Part shown: positions 43,456-53,090 of the stretch, in pieces
Layout of the letters: the number at the start of each line of letters is the position of its first letter
How positions within the stretch are numbered: position 1 is the first letter of the stretch
Assembly (NCBI GenBank): GCA_963705725.1
Contig: CAVPKM010000007.1
Coordinates: 32,001 to 96,000 of the forward strand
Reading direction: 5' to 3'
From: an uncultured Gammaproteobacteria bacterium
GTDB taxonomy: Bacteria > Pseudomonadota > Gammaproteobacteria > UBA6002
DNA: 64,000 nt
Notes under the pieces: generated by a model
What the model saw: only the letters and a program-made list of their open reading frames with translations
Told to the model about the DNA's origin: nothing
The model's database searches: none
Program-made: the position numbers and the translations under genes

Positions 43456-44706
43456 TTATTGTCGAATCAATCGGAAATTCAAGCCAGGTAAATTGACTTT
43501 CTCTGTCGTTCGATAAGGATTAATATCTAAGCCACCGCGTCTTGTATAACGTCCATAAACCGTGAGTTTTTCTGGGCTGCAACGATTCATGATATCCATA
43601 AAAATGCGCTCAATGCATTGCTCATGAAATTCATTATGATTACGAAAAGAAACAAGATACTGAAGCAAACCTTCTCGATTGATTTGTTTTCCAGTATATG
43701 CAATTTGCACACTACCCCAGTCTGGTTGATTTGTGACTAAGCAATTAGACTTTAATAAGTCAGAATACAAAATTTCTTCTACCGTGTTATCTTTTACCGA
43801 GAGATAATTGGGTTCAACAAGATAGACGGAGCAAGTCACATCTAGGTCATCAATACACTCGCCTTTTGGCGCTGATTGAATTGTAGCAAGCGTTTTTTCT
43901 TTTAAAGATAGCAGTCTTACCTGAACCTCTCCATTTACACGGGAGCTCAAATCACGTTCGACAGTCAACCTAACTTCTTCGCTGTTGGTAAACTGTGTGT
44001 TATTGAACGAATTAAAATAAAGTTTCAATGATTTTGACTCAATTAAATTGTCTGTTGCACAATCTAAATTAATGTTAGCAATCGCAACAATGGGTTTGCC
44101 TTTTTTATTGAGCCATGACACTTCATAATGATTCCAACAATCAAAACCATAAAAAGGAAGATTTTGGGGGTCAACGCCAATTTCTTTCCGTTTGGACTCC
44201 CTTGGAATTGCAAATAACCGTTCTGGATTATAATGCAAATCATAGCTGGATGACTGACCTAATTCAGATTGTCTAAGACCAGCTTGATATCGTTTTTCTA
44301 ATGTTTCATTCATACGCTGACTCTCCAAAATATTGATAATTTGTAATGAACTATACCAGTTCACAAGTACTCCTGCCTTAATCTGATTGGCAATATAGAT
44401 CGTAAGCCTTGCAGCCTCATGGATACAATGTGCTTTCTCCTTCAAAGCTTCCGCCTGAAGGTGCATAGAAGGCAACACCTCAAACTCAGGCCGTTCTAAA
44501 ATTTTTTTAATGGAATCTAATGAAAACCCTAGGAATTTTAAAGTGGCCACTTGTTGTAATCGGATTACATCCTCATCTGAGTACAAGCGATAACCTGCAT
44601 CAGTTCGAAAAGAGGGTTTTAACAAACCAATCTCATCGTAGTATTGCAACGAACGAATACTTAATGCCGTCATTTGACTGATATCTTTAATTTTATGGTA
44701 TTTCAT
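43456..44706 (-). CDS. queF: Fusion: MerR-family HTH + bimodular QueF (preQ0 reductase)
   Basis: IRSLQYYDEIGLLKP..RTDAGYRLY; ESKSLKLYFNS, KSNCLVTNQPDW, EFHEQC, TRRGGLDINP. Confidence 0.9.
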   Translation of the reverse strand: MKYHKIKDISQMTALSIRSLQYYDEIGLLKPSFRTDAGYRLYSDEDVIRLQQVATLKFLGFSLDSIKKILERPEFEVLPSMHLQAEALKEKAHCIHEAARLTIYIANQIKAGVLVNWYSSLQIINILESQRMNETLEKRYQAGLRQSELGQSSSYDLHYNPERLFAIPRESKRKEIGVDPQNLPFYGFDCWNHYEVSWLNKKGKPIVAIANINLDCATDNLIESKSLKLYFNSFNNTQFTNSEEVRLTVERDLSSRVNGEVQVRLLSLKEKTLATIQSAPKGECIDDLDVTCSVYLVEPNYLSVKDNTVEEILYSDLLKSNCLVTNQPDWGSVQIAYTGKQINREGLLQYLVSFRNHNEFHEQCIERIFMDIMNRCSPEKLTVYGRYTRRGGLDINPYRTTEKVNLPGLNFRLIRQ

Positions 44707-44723
44707 TTTGACTCCTGAATTGG

Positions 44724-44754
44724 AGTTTATGCTATCACGCAAGGTGAAGGTCAA
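44724..44754 (-). promoter_or_regulatory. MerR-type promoter with 19-bp spacer and dyad
   Basis: Minus strand TTGACC-ttcaccttgcgtgatagca(19)-TAAACT; TCAC-N5-GTGA palindrome in the spacer. Confidence 0.8.
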
Positions 44755-44854
44755 GAAAAATTATGAGGAAAAAGCCAGGTCAGTGTTTTTCACTGGGTAG
44801 TGTTAGGTAAATAATTTATGGTACAGTCGTTACGAGAAAGCAAAATAAGCTAAC

Positions 44855-45341
44855 CTTAATTTTTCACATTGCTTTTTTTAAAAAATCTGCCACTATAGGA
44901 CACACGAGCGGGAAATTCCCGCCCGTGCGGAACCACTAAGGTGTTAGCGCGCCTAAGGGGTTCTAGCCACAAATTAACCTAACAACACGAGGTTAACTCA
45001 TGACTAACACTAGAATATCACCTATTTGCGCAAACGCGCAAAGTCCTTTTTCTTATTCCTCCCATTTTTTGCCAAACACAAAAGCAAATTCTACCCGTAA
45101 ACCCTCGGTTAGCCGTGAGCATTTGTGGCCGGCGACAGTTTGCTTAGTTTGGCAAGAGGGGTGGATGTTCTCAAGTAACAGGACAATATTCTAAGCAGAG
45201 GGGGATTGATGGCGGGTTGGCTTACTTCCCGCCTTCAATTTTTGAACACAAACCATTGTGCTCAACCTCTCTGCTGTGTTCAGACCTGTAGATAGGTTTT
45301 GCACTGCATTAAGGAAAATCTATGCAGTCGCCTTCAATTCG
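44855..45341 (+). repeat. Structured leader element, copy 1 (~490 bp, contains 64-codon ORF 45000..45194)
   Basis: Colinear with 51458-51946; hairpins retained despite substitutions. Confidence 0.88.
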
Positions 45342-46174
45342 AAGCGAAATTTCCAATCTTGAGGAAGTGCTATAGATGAAGAGGAAATCATTCAGTTATT
45401 CAAGAATCAATCAACAATTGATCCCTATACCAATAAAGTTGTAAAAGCGAAATCTGAATGTGAAGGTCGTCCCATAACACTGTTTGGTTTTCCTAACAGA
45501 GAGCGTGCGGCAAGAATTGAACTTAAATGGCACAAAAAAGTCATCCATAAGTTTTTTAGAGTGGGTGAGCCCTTAGCAGAAGGAAAACAATCAACACCAT
45601 TTTTAATATGGTTAACAACTGTATTGAACAAAAGCATCAAAACCCCATTCCTATCCAAGGCTACTCTAGGCGCAGCTTTATTATTGCGAGTCTAAAATTC
45701 TTACGCATTATGGCGATATGCCAGAATTAATTTTCATGTTGGGGATGACTAAAATTAAACTACTCGAGTAAATTCCGTGACGCAAAGGCAGAAGGGGATT
45801 TAAAATGAGGGCTCCCAATTATGGACATTGCATATGGTGAGGATGTATTAATAGGCTTTCGAACTTTATCATGCCTAAAAGGGATAGAAATCCAGATAAC
45901 CCGCAAGTGCGCTATAAAAAATTTCTTGAGATTTTTAAAGAACGATTAGCTACGATGGAGCCTTTTAGCCATTTGGATTTGAACAAATATGGAAATATCC
46001 TGATTGGTGTAGAGCCGGAGGCAAATGAATCTGATGAAAAAACACAAAACAACCTTCATCTGTTAAGGAGCATTATAATCAATCAGGTTTTTCTAACCTG
46101 ATAAGATTTGAATTTGTGAGCCATTATATTTCCTTCTAACTAGATAGTTGTGAATAGTGAAAAACATGAACGAA

Positions 46175-46637
46175 TTTTTTGCTACTCTCCTGAAATTTGT
46201 CGCGCGATTTATACTACGAATGCAGTTGAATCCGTGAATATGAGTCTTCGGAAGGTCATTAAAAGTAAGCGCGTTTTTCCTTCGGATGATGCCGCTTTGA
46301 AGCAGCTATATTTAGCGTTTAAAAATATTTCAAAAAAATGGACAATGCCAATACGAAATTGGGGTGATGCCATGAATCGTTTTATGATTCTGTTCGAAGG
46401 CAGGCTAAAAGGGGCGATTTAGTTTAAGAACTGATTTAAAATTTTGTGCCTTCGATCGCCTGTGGATATATGCACAAACTGACTCGTTGCACTCGTCAGT
46501 ATTGCGCACATACCCACAGGCACAATAATTTTATTTGTTTATTTAAAAAATTTTTGTTATTTTAATTTCGCTATCTGGAATTCGGTAGCAAAAAATCTGC
46601 TGACTCAACCTGCTTACACAAAATTATTTACGCTACC
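46175..46637 (+). mobile_element. IS256 3' remnant including right IR
   Basis: Near-identical to ~35550-36013. Confidence 0.92.
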
Positions 46638-46669
46638 AATATTATTTCTATAAAAATTAAAGAGTTATC

Positions 46670-48154
46670 TTGATATTAAAATTTAAAATCTTTTTTTTTG
46701 TATTTTTAGCCACAATTTTTTGTAATTGTTCTGCAAATACAGCTGAAAGTAAAACAAAACATTACCTATTAAAGCCTAGTGGTGAATATTGCGTATCTTT
46801 TGAAGATATACATCTATTAAATACCACTCTTTGTCCTGACCCAAATTTTAATGGTAAGAATGATGCGGACTTTAGCTCAGGGAATAAAGTGCACTGCCAT
46901 GAAATCATGGTCAGGATATATTATCCTACTAGAGAGTTAAATCAAAAAGCACCTTACAATTCTCCTTTTATTAAACAGTTGCAGGATAATATTAAAAACT
47001 CTAAGGATGGCTCTATAAATTTGCAACAGTCCTTAAATGAAATTTATAGTAATACATCTGAAAAAAAATCGGCTATTGATAATAAAGCCTTCCCGATTAT
47101 TTTTTTTAGCCCGGGTTTAGGTTGTTCTGTACAAACTTACGAGAACATTATTACTGAGCTAGTCAGTCATGGATATATTGTGGCTGGAGTGAATACCCCC
47201 TTTTTAAGCGGTAGTATTGAACTCCCTAATCATTATATTGTTAAACCAGTCATACCCCGTTCTACGGATGAGATTGAGAAGTCTTTTATCAATATACAAA
47301 GTAAGGATCTGGAGTTTTGTATTAATAATATTAAAAATTGGAAACATTTACGTGCATATAAAAATATGGACTTTATACACGTAGGCGCTTTTGGACATTC
47401 CATTGGCGGTAGAATTGTAGCAAATTTAACTCATTCGCAATCAAATAAGCTACAAGCCGCAGCTGCTATGGATACGGCAATCGATCCTTCAGGAGATTCG
47501 TTGAGAGGATTTGCTATCCCTTTTATGCATGAAATTGCGGCAAATAAGCTCTCAATTTCCTCATCTCCCTTAAGCTTTGTGCTAAATCAAAATGGCTTTT
47601 TGGTTCATATCTCACCTAGCCCTAATGATAAAAATTACAGTTACCACATGAATTTCTCAGATTTTTCCACCTTACAATATCAGCCAGCTGTTAAGGTTTT
47701 TCTTAATTCTTTGAAACAAAATTCGGAGAAGGATTTTAATATCAAAATTCATCAAAATTCAGTCAATGATGAAATATCACTTGGTTTGGATGAGGAGACT
47801 TATCTTTTAGCTAAAAGAAATAGCAAATGGGAATTAACATACTACAAAGGAAGAAAGAAAATAATAGATCTTGATATTATGAATATTAAAGGACTCAGTG
47901 CGCTGCTAGCCCCTTTAAACAAGCCTAAAGAGTTGAACGCTGCAAGATTAAAACAAGTTAAATTCTCTTTAACTTGTTTTAGAAAAAACATGAATGAACT
48001 AGTGGGTATAGGCAATGGCTGGGAGCTAACAAAATCTATTAATACCCATTTGATAGCTTTTTTTGATACTTTTTTAAAAGGGCAAGATAATATATCATTC
48101 AAGCAGTGTCAGCCCTTAACAACGAATGTTTATATTAAATGTAACCTAAGGTGA
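46670..48154 (+). CDS. Secreted alpha/beta hydrolase (PAF-acetylhydrolase-like)
   Basis: Signal peptide, FPIIFFSPGLG, ELVSHGYIV, GHSIG nucleophile elbow, HMNFSD. Confidence 0.82.
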   Translation: MILKFKIFFFVFLATIFCNCSANTAESKTKHYLLKPSGEYCVSFEDIHLLNTTLCPDPNFNGKNDADFSSGNKVHCHEIMVRIYYPTRELNQKAPYNSPFIKQLQDNIKNSKDGSINLQQSLNEIYSNTSEKKSAIDNKAFPIIFFSPGLGCSVQTYENIITELVSHGYIVAGVNTPFLSGSIELPNHYIVKPVIPRSTDEIEKSFINIQSKDLEFCINNIKNWKHLRAYKNMDFIHVGAFGHSIGGRIVANLTHSQSNKLQAAAAMDTAIDPSGDSLRGFAIPFMHEIAANKLSISSSPLSFVLNQNGFLVHISPSPNDKNYSYHMNFSDFSTLQYQPAVKVFLNSLKQNSEKDFNIKIHQNSVNDEISLGLDEETYLLAKRNSKWELTYYKGRKKIIDLDIMNIKGLSALLAPLNKPKELNAARLKQVKFSLTCFRKNMNELVGIGNGWELTKSINTHLIAFFDTFLKGQDNISFKQCQPLTTNVYIKCNLR

Positions 48155-48285
48155 ATTAGATTACACTAACCAAAAAATTTATGATGATTGTCAAGAGATC
48201 AGTCATTTGTATCTGGGAAACAAATTTTAAAAGTATCTGAAATGTAATTGATATGATAGAAATATCTGTTACTACTCTTTGGGAT

Positions 48286-49107
48286 TTACAGTTTAGCTAC
48301 AAGATTCTGTCCGGCTGATTTTAATTCTTGATCAGTTTTTTCTCTTTGAATGACTTCCCCTGATTCTGCCCAGAATTGATGATGCCAGGTATCATATATA
48401 TTCCAATCTCCCTTTGAAAAAGATTCATTTTCTTGAGTAAGCATTAACCAAGCTATAAATTTAGCGGCTATTTGAGGTGGCAATAATTCACTTCGATTAA
48501 AAAACCCTTGAAAAATATTAAGGGAAGGTAATTGATTTTTATTGGCAAGGCGTAGATTTTTTTGAATGTCTGTTTCAATAATGCCAGGCATGACGGATCC
48601 AAAGACTACATTTTGAGCTTGAAATTCCGCATTGAAATACTCTTTAAGCATAAGTAAGGCAGATTTGGTTATTCCATAAGCAGCCATACCTGGCAGTGGA
48701 TGGTGAGCAAGTCCAGATGAAATATGCAAGACACGACCGCCATCTTCTAAGTGGGGAAGTAATAACTGTGTTAAACGCAGTGGTGCTTTTACATGCAATT
48801 CATAATGCAAATCCAAGATGCTGTTATCCATTACCCGAAGAGGAGAGGGTATGGCAACCCCTGCATTATGAATCAAAAATATTCCTTTCTCGGTTATAGA
48901 ATTTTTAATTTTTTGTCTATCCTGATCTTGAGTCATATCACCATCAATAATTTCAATTAAATGAGGGTACAATGCCTGTAAACTTTTTAATAATCGTTCA
49001 TTGCGCGCAACTGCGATCACTCTATGCCCCATGGAAGCAAATTTGATGCTGAGAGCTCTTCCGATTCCTCTGCTTGCACCTGTGATGATAACTGTTTTAT
49101 TTTTCAT
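48286..49107 (-). CDS. Short-chain dehydrogenase/reductase
   Basis: TGASRGIG, HNAG, ISSG, YGITK. Confidence 0.9.
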   Translation of the reverse strand: MKNKTVIITGASRGIGRALSIKFASMGHRVIAVARNERLLKSLQALYPHLIEIIDGDMTQDQDRQKIKNSITEKGIFLIHNAGVAIPSPLRVMDNSILDLHYELHVKAPLRLTQLLLPHLEDGGRVLHISSGLAHHPLPGMAAYGITKSALLMLKEYFNAEFQAQNVVFGSVMPGIIETDIQKNLRLANKNQLPSLNIFQGFFNRSELLPPQIAAKFIAWLMLTQENESFSKGDWNIYDTWHHQFWAESGEVIQREKTDQELKSAGQNLVAKL

Positions 49108-49442
49108 TATGATTTCTCAAGTTATTCAATAAATTCTTTCATAATTTTGGTGTTCTTGAAGTTATGCTATGATGACCAAAGTAAGAGATTCCCTTTTCAA
49201 ATTCAAGAACAAGATTATCCTGATCTATTCAGGTTGAAACTTATTATTCTGATGACGATAATCTATTGCTAATTGCTACCTATGAGCAAAAAACTGTTGA
49301 AACGATAGTCTGTAATAGGCTGCTGAACCGTTCTATTTGGGAAAAATGGATTTCATGAAATTTCGAGGGATAACTTACCTATATGATGAAAAAAATAATT
49401 TTATGATAGATTGGATTAGTTTTTATAAGAGAGGGCTAGAGA

Positions 49443-50100
49443 ATGAATAAAGAATATTGGCATAGAAAATGGCAATTTAAAGAAATTGGTTTTAATCAAT
49501 TACAACCAAATAAACTTATGCAACAATATTTTTTCTTTTTTAAAACTGGTTCCTGGCAATTCTATTTTTATTCCCTTGTGTGGCCAAAGTCTTGATATGA
49601 TTTGGCTTGCAGAGCAAGGTTACCAAGTCATTGGCGTTGAGCTTAGTCAGATTGCTTGTGATGCTTTTTTTGAGGATAATAAAATTCCTGCCAAAATAAC
49701 GAAGCTCGAAGACTTTATTCTCTATTCTAGTGGTAACATTCGGATTTTTTGTGGTGATTTTTTTAGGATCAATCAAGCAATTCTCGGTAAAATTGATGGA
49801 ATCTATGATAGGGCAGCTTTGATTGCTTTGCCCACAAAAGTTCGCCAATCTTACTCTGAGCATTTAATTAAACTAATGACAGAAAAAACGGTCCTATTTT
49901 TAATTACTATGATGTACGACCAAGAAGAGTTGCAGGGGCCGCCATTCTCTGTTGATCAGGAAGAGATTATTGCGCTGTATGCCGCTCATTTTGATATTAA
50001 TCAGTTGTACAGTAAATCATTTGAAATACCCGCATATCTTCAGGATAAAGGATTACATTACGCTACGGAGCAAGTCTATTTGTTAACTCGTGGAAAATAG
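49443..50100 (+). CDS. tpm: Thiopurine S-methyltransferase, +1 frameshift in T runs at ~49528-49541
   Basis: MNKEYWHRKW..IGFNQ joins FIPLCGQSLDM, YDRAALIALP, GPPFSV. Confidence 0.88.
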
Positions 50101-50410
50101 CGGCAATTCTCAAAATGGATATTCAGAAAAAACTTTAAAGGCGAAAATGGTGAATTTACTATCCAGGTACCGAGAGATCGAAATGCAGATTTTTCTCCCC
50201 AGATTGTTGCTAAGAACCCAACGCGTTTTGAAGGGTTTGATGACAAAATCATAGCCTTTATGCGAGAGGGATGACGACACGTGATATACAGGGGCAATTG
50301 CAAGAGCTCTATGGCGTAGAAGTCTCTGCTACTTTCATTCCAATGTGACCAACGAAATCATTGAGGAAGTGAAAACTTGGCAGTGTCGTCCCTTGGATAA
50401 ACTTTATCCC
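50096..50410 (+). mobile_element. Internal IS256 transposase fragment with frameshifts
   Basis: Matches ~34755-35072 of the intact copy. Confidence 0.9.
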
Positions 50411-50730
50411 AGGCCTATTTTTAAAGCCATGAACCCGATACTGAGACAAACTTTTTTACTTCATCCTGAAGCAAGTAAAGTTCTGCTTAAATTAGTTAAA
50501 GAGCACAATTTCCCCTTAATAAACTTAATTCCGGAAGAGGAACGTCTGATTTGCTATTTGCAGGAACCTGCAGATCTTTTGTTTTATCCAAAACTTGCTT
50601 AGGAGTTGGTTAATTTGATTTGTCATTATCCAGTGATAACTTTTTCGCCTTAAGATGAGATAAATTTATTGCTAGAAAAAACTATTCGTTAATGAGCAGA
50701 ATTGGAATATCGCAATAGGATGTAAAAACA

Positions 50731-50808
50731 TTTAAAGAAAATATCTCTCTCAGAAAATCACTGTATTTTCTTGATCCCGTTGGACACAAGCTTGAAATCC
50801 AGAAATGA
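50731..50808 (+). pseudogene. Remnant of a FosA/FosB-like VOC gene
   Basis: FKENISLRKSLYFLDPVGHKLEIQ resembles the Fos motif S.YF.DPDGHKLE. Confidence 0.5.
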
Positions 50809-51007
50809 GAATAGCTGTTAAAAAAATCGGATGCTGGTCATTAGAAAAATGTAGAGTGGTTTGTATGAGCCCCAAAAATCATTGGTATTAGTGGCAATAT
50901 GGGTGCTGGAAAAACAACTCTCGCCCACACTCTTCAACAAGATTTACAATCAATTCGGAGTTAAAATCAGCGCAAAGTTTCCTATGCATCATGTCTTTAT
51001 TTCCAAA

Positions 51008-51406
51008 TCAATCAGATACCATAGATGGATGATGAGTAAATTCAACCTCATTGCCTGAGGGATCAAGGATACTAAAAGCTTTTGTTCCAATGCCAAACGT
51101 CTTAGGTTCATCCAGAATTATAACAGGGTATTGTTTGATATATTGATACCAGGCATCCACATCCTGTGGGCAGCTAATGGCAAAACCAAAGTGCTCGAGT
51201 CTTTGAGGTTGAGCAAAATTTGCAGTGTCACCTTGATGCAAAGAAATGTTATCTTCGCTGGAGGTTAAATAGGCATAATCGTTTGTTTCATGCTCGAGCG
51301 TCATTCCAATGATATTTGTATAAAAATCAATGCATTCCTGTAGATTATTGACGCGCAGTGCAATGTGTCTAAGCCCTCTCATTTTTGGCTTTGTATTTGC
51401 ATTCAT
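51008..51406 (-). CDS. VOC/glyoxalase-family protein
   Basis: LRHIALRV, LEHFGF, LDPSGNEVEF. Confidence 0.88.
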   Translation of the reverse strand: MNANTKPKMRGLRHIALRVNNLQECIDFYTNIIGMTLEHETNDYAYLTSSEDNISLHQGDTANFAQPQRLEHFGFAISCPQDVDAWYQYIKQYPVIILDEPKTFGIGTKAFSILDPSGNEVEFTHHPSMVSD

Positions 51407-51457
51407 TGCTTAATCCTTTCTCTTGAGTAATGAGAAGGCAGGAAAAAATAATCTCCT

Positions 51458-51946
51458 CTTAATTTTTCAGATTGCTTTTTTTAAAAAATCTGCCACTATA
51501 AACACACGGACGGGGAAACCCCCGCCCGTGCGGAACCACGAAGGTGTTAGAGCACCCAAGGGTTCTAGCCACAAACTAACCTAACAACACGAGGTTAACT
51601 CATGACTAGCATTAGGATATCACCTACTTGCGCCAACACGCAAAGTCCTTTTTCTTATTCCTCCCATTTTTTGCCCAATACAAAAGCCAATTGCACCCGT
51701 AAACCCTCGGTTAGCCGTGAGCAGTTGTGGCCGGAAGCAATTTGCTTGGTTCGGCAAGCGGGAGGGAGATTCCCGAGAATTAGGACAATATTCTAAGCAG
51801 AGGGGGTTGATGGCGGGCTGAATTGTCACCCGCCTTCAATTTTGAACACAACAACTTGTGCTCAACCTCTCTGCTGTGTCCCAACCCTTTAGATAGGTTG
51901 TGCACTGCGTATAAGGAAAATCTTTATGCAGTCACCTGCCATTCAA
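51458..51946 (+). repeat. Structured leader element, copy 2 (contains 64-codon ORF 51602..51796)
   Basis: Colinear with 44855-45341; ends within the start of ORF 51926. Confidence 0.88.
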
Positions 51947-52357
51947 TTTGATGCTGCCCCTTGGCCGCTTAAGCCTAATGAAATTATGCAGCTCTCATCA
52001 TTCATTGCCATTGTGCTGCGCCATTTTCGCCAATGTGCTTCTTCCTGTGAAGCGAGCTATTTATCTCAGTTACAAGTCATTTCAGACTGTCATTACTTAG
52101 TTCATTTAGCACAGCAGGAAGATAGCCTCTTTTCCAGGCCTCTCTCGCTTGAGCAGATTTCAAGCGTTGCGCTTAATCTGGCAGAAGCCATCAATACCCT
52201 TAGCGATAAAATCCGGTTAATGGATTCTCCCTGGTTTTATGCGGATTTTTACTCAAGCGTCAATTATCTCTTAAGCGATAAGTTTGGTTACTTAAGTCAA
52301 GACTTCACGCTCATCAAGCAACTGCGAAAAAAAATTAATCGGGTTAAAGGAGAATAG
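51926..52357 (+). CDS. Hypothetical helical protein, first gene of CDPS operon
   Basis: RBS taagga; 2-nt gap to the CDPS gene. Confidence 0.65.
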   Translation: MQSPAIQFDAAPWPLKPNEIMQLSSFIAIVLRHFRQCASSCEASYLSQLQVISDCHYLVHLAQQEDSLFSRPLSLEQISSVALNLAEAINTLSDKIRLMDSPWFYADFYSSVNYLLSDKFGYLSQDFTLIKQLRKKINRVKGE

Positions 52358-52359
52358 GC

Positions 52360-53079
52360 ATGGAAACAACCCATACAGAGATCTGTCGTCCCCTTAAAGC
52401 AAGCTTTGCAGGAGCCAAAGCTTTTCGCCACCATTTCAGCCGGGCAACTGCCCAGCTCACCATCAGCATTGGCCAAGCGGTGCACGAAGGAGAGCGCTTA
52501 GCCGCTACCTTAGCGCTCATCAATCGCTCCTTTGCCAGTTGTAAGGTGATGATCGATGATAGTATTCAATGGTATACCTTAGCGATTAACGCGCCGGAAC
52601 AATCCTCCTCCCTCTTACTCCAAAACGCAATTGCAGCAGGGGATCACTACCTGAATACCACCTCAGCACTCTTTCAGTCATCACTCACCATTCCTTATGA
52701 AATTGTCCGCTGGAAAGATTGGCACGGCCTGCCCAGTTGGCAAACGGCGGTGGCCTTGATGCATCAAGACTATGAGGAAAATACGCTCCTTCGCAGCGAA
52801 ATTCAAAAAAACATCACGACCTTTCTAGATCGCTATGAGAAGCGGGGAACGGATAAGACCTATGATCGATCTCGCGCCTGGCGACTCTGCCTTCATTACT
52901 TATTAGAAGAATGTGCGGTGATGCGTACCTTTTGGGTGGAACTGGGTTGTCATTATGAGGTGTATCCGAGTGGTCGCAATGAAGCGATGCGCGCCACCTA
53001 TGAGCATTATATTCAGCCTTATCATCCGCATTTATTAACATCGATTGCGCTGCGTTTTCATCGACTCGGCAGGGAATAA
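52360..53079 (+). CDS. tRNA-dependent cyclodipeptide synthase (XYP subfamily)
   Basis: ISIGQAVHEG (catalytic Ser), DSIQ, IVRWKDW, YLLEEC, YEVYP. Confidence 0.82.
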   Translation: METTHTEICRPLKASFAGAKAFRHHFSRATAQLTISIGQAVHEGERLAATLALINRSFASCKVMIDDSIQWYTLAINAPEQSSSLLLQNAIAAGDHYLNTTSALFQSSLTIPYEIVRWKDWHGLPSWQTAVALMHQDYEENTLLRSEIQKNITTFLDRYEKRGTDKTYDRSRAWRLCLHYLLEECAVMRTFWVELGCHYEVYPSGRNEAMRATYEHYIQPYHPHLLTSIALRFHRLGRE

Positions 53080-53090
53080 AAGGAGTGGCG

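Noticed and set aside
43456-44706. queF as part of a 7-deazaguanine DNA-modification (dpd) defence island
   Set aside because: No dpdA, queC, queD, queE or folE in the window
44796-44830. Possible IS256-like inverted-repeat remnant (ggtagtgttaggtaaataatttatgg)
   Set aside because: Only partial similarity; no partner end or TSD
49520-49545. Phase variation of tpm via poly-T
   Set aside because: Short runs; cannot be distinguished from the indel errors seen elsewhere
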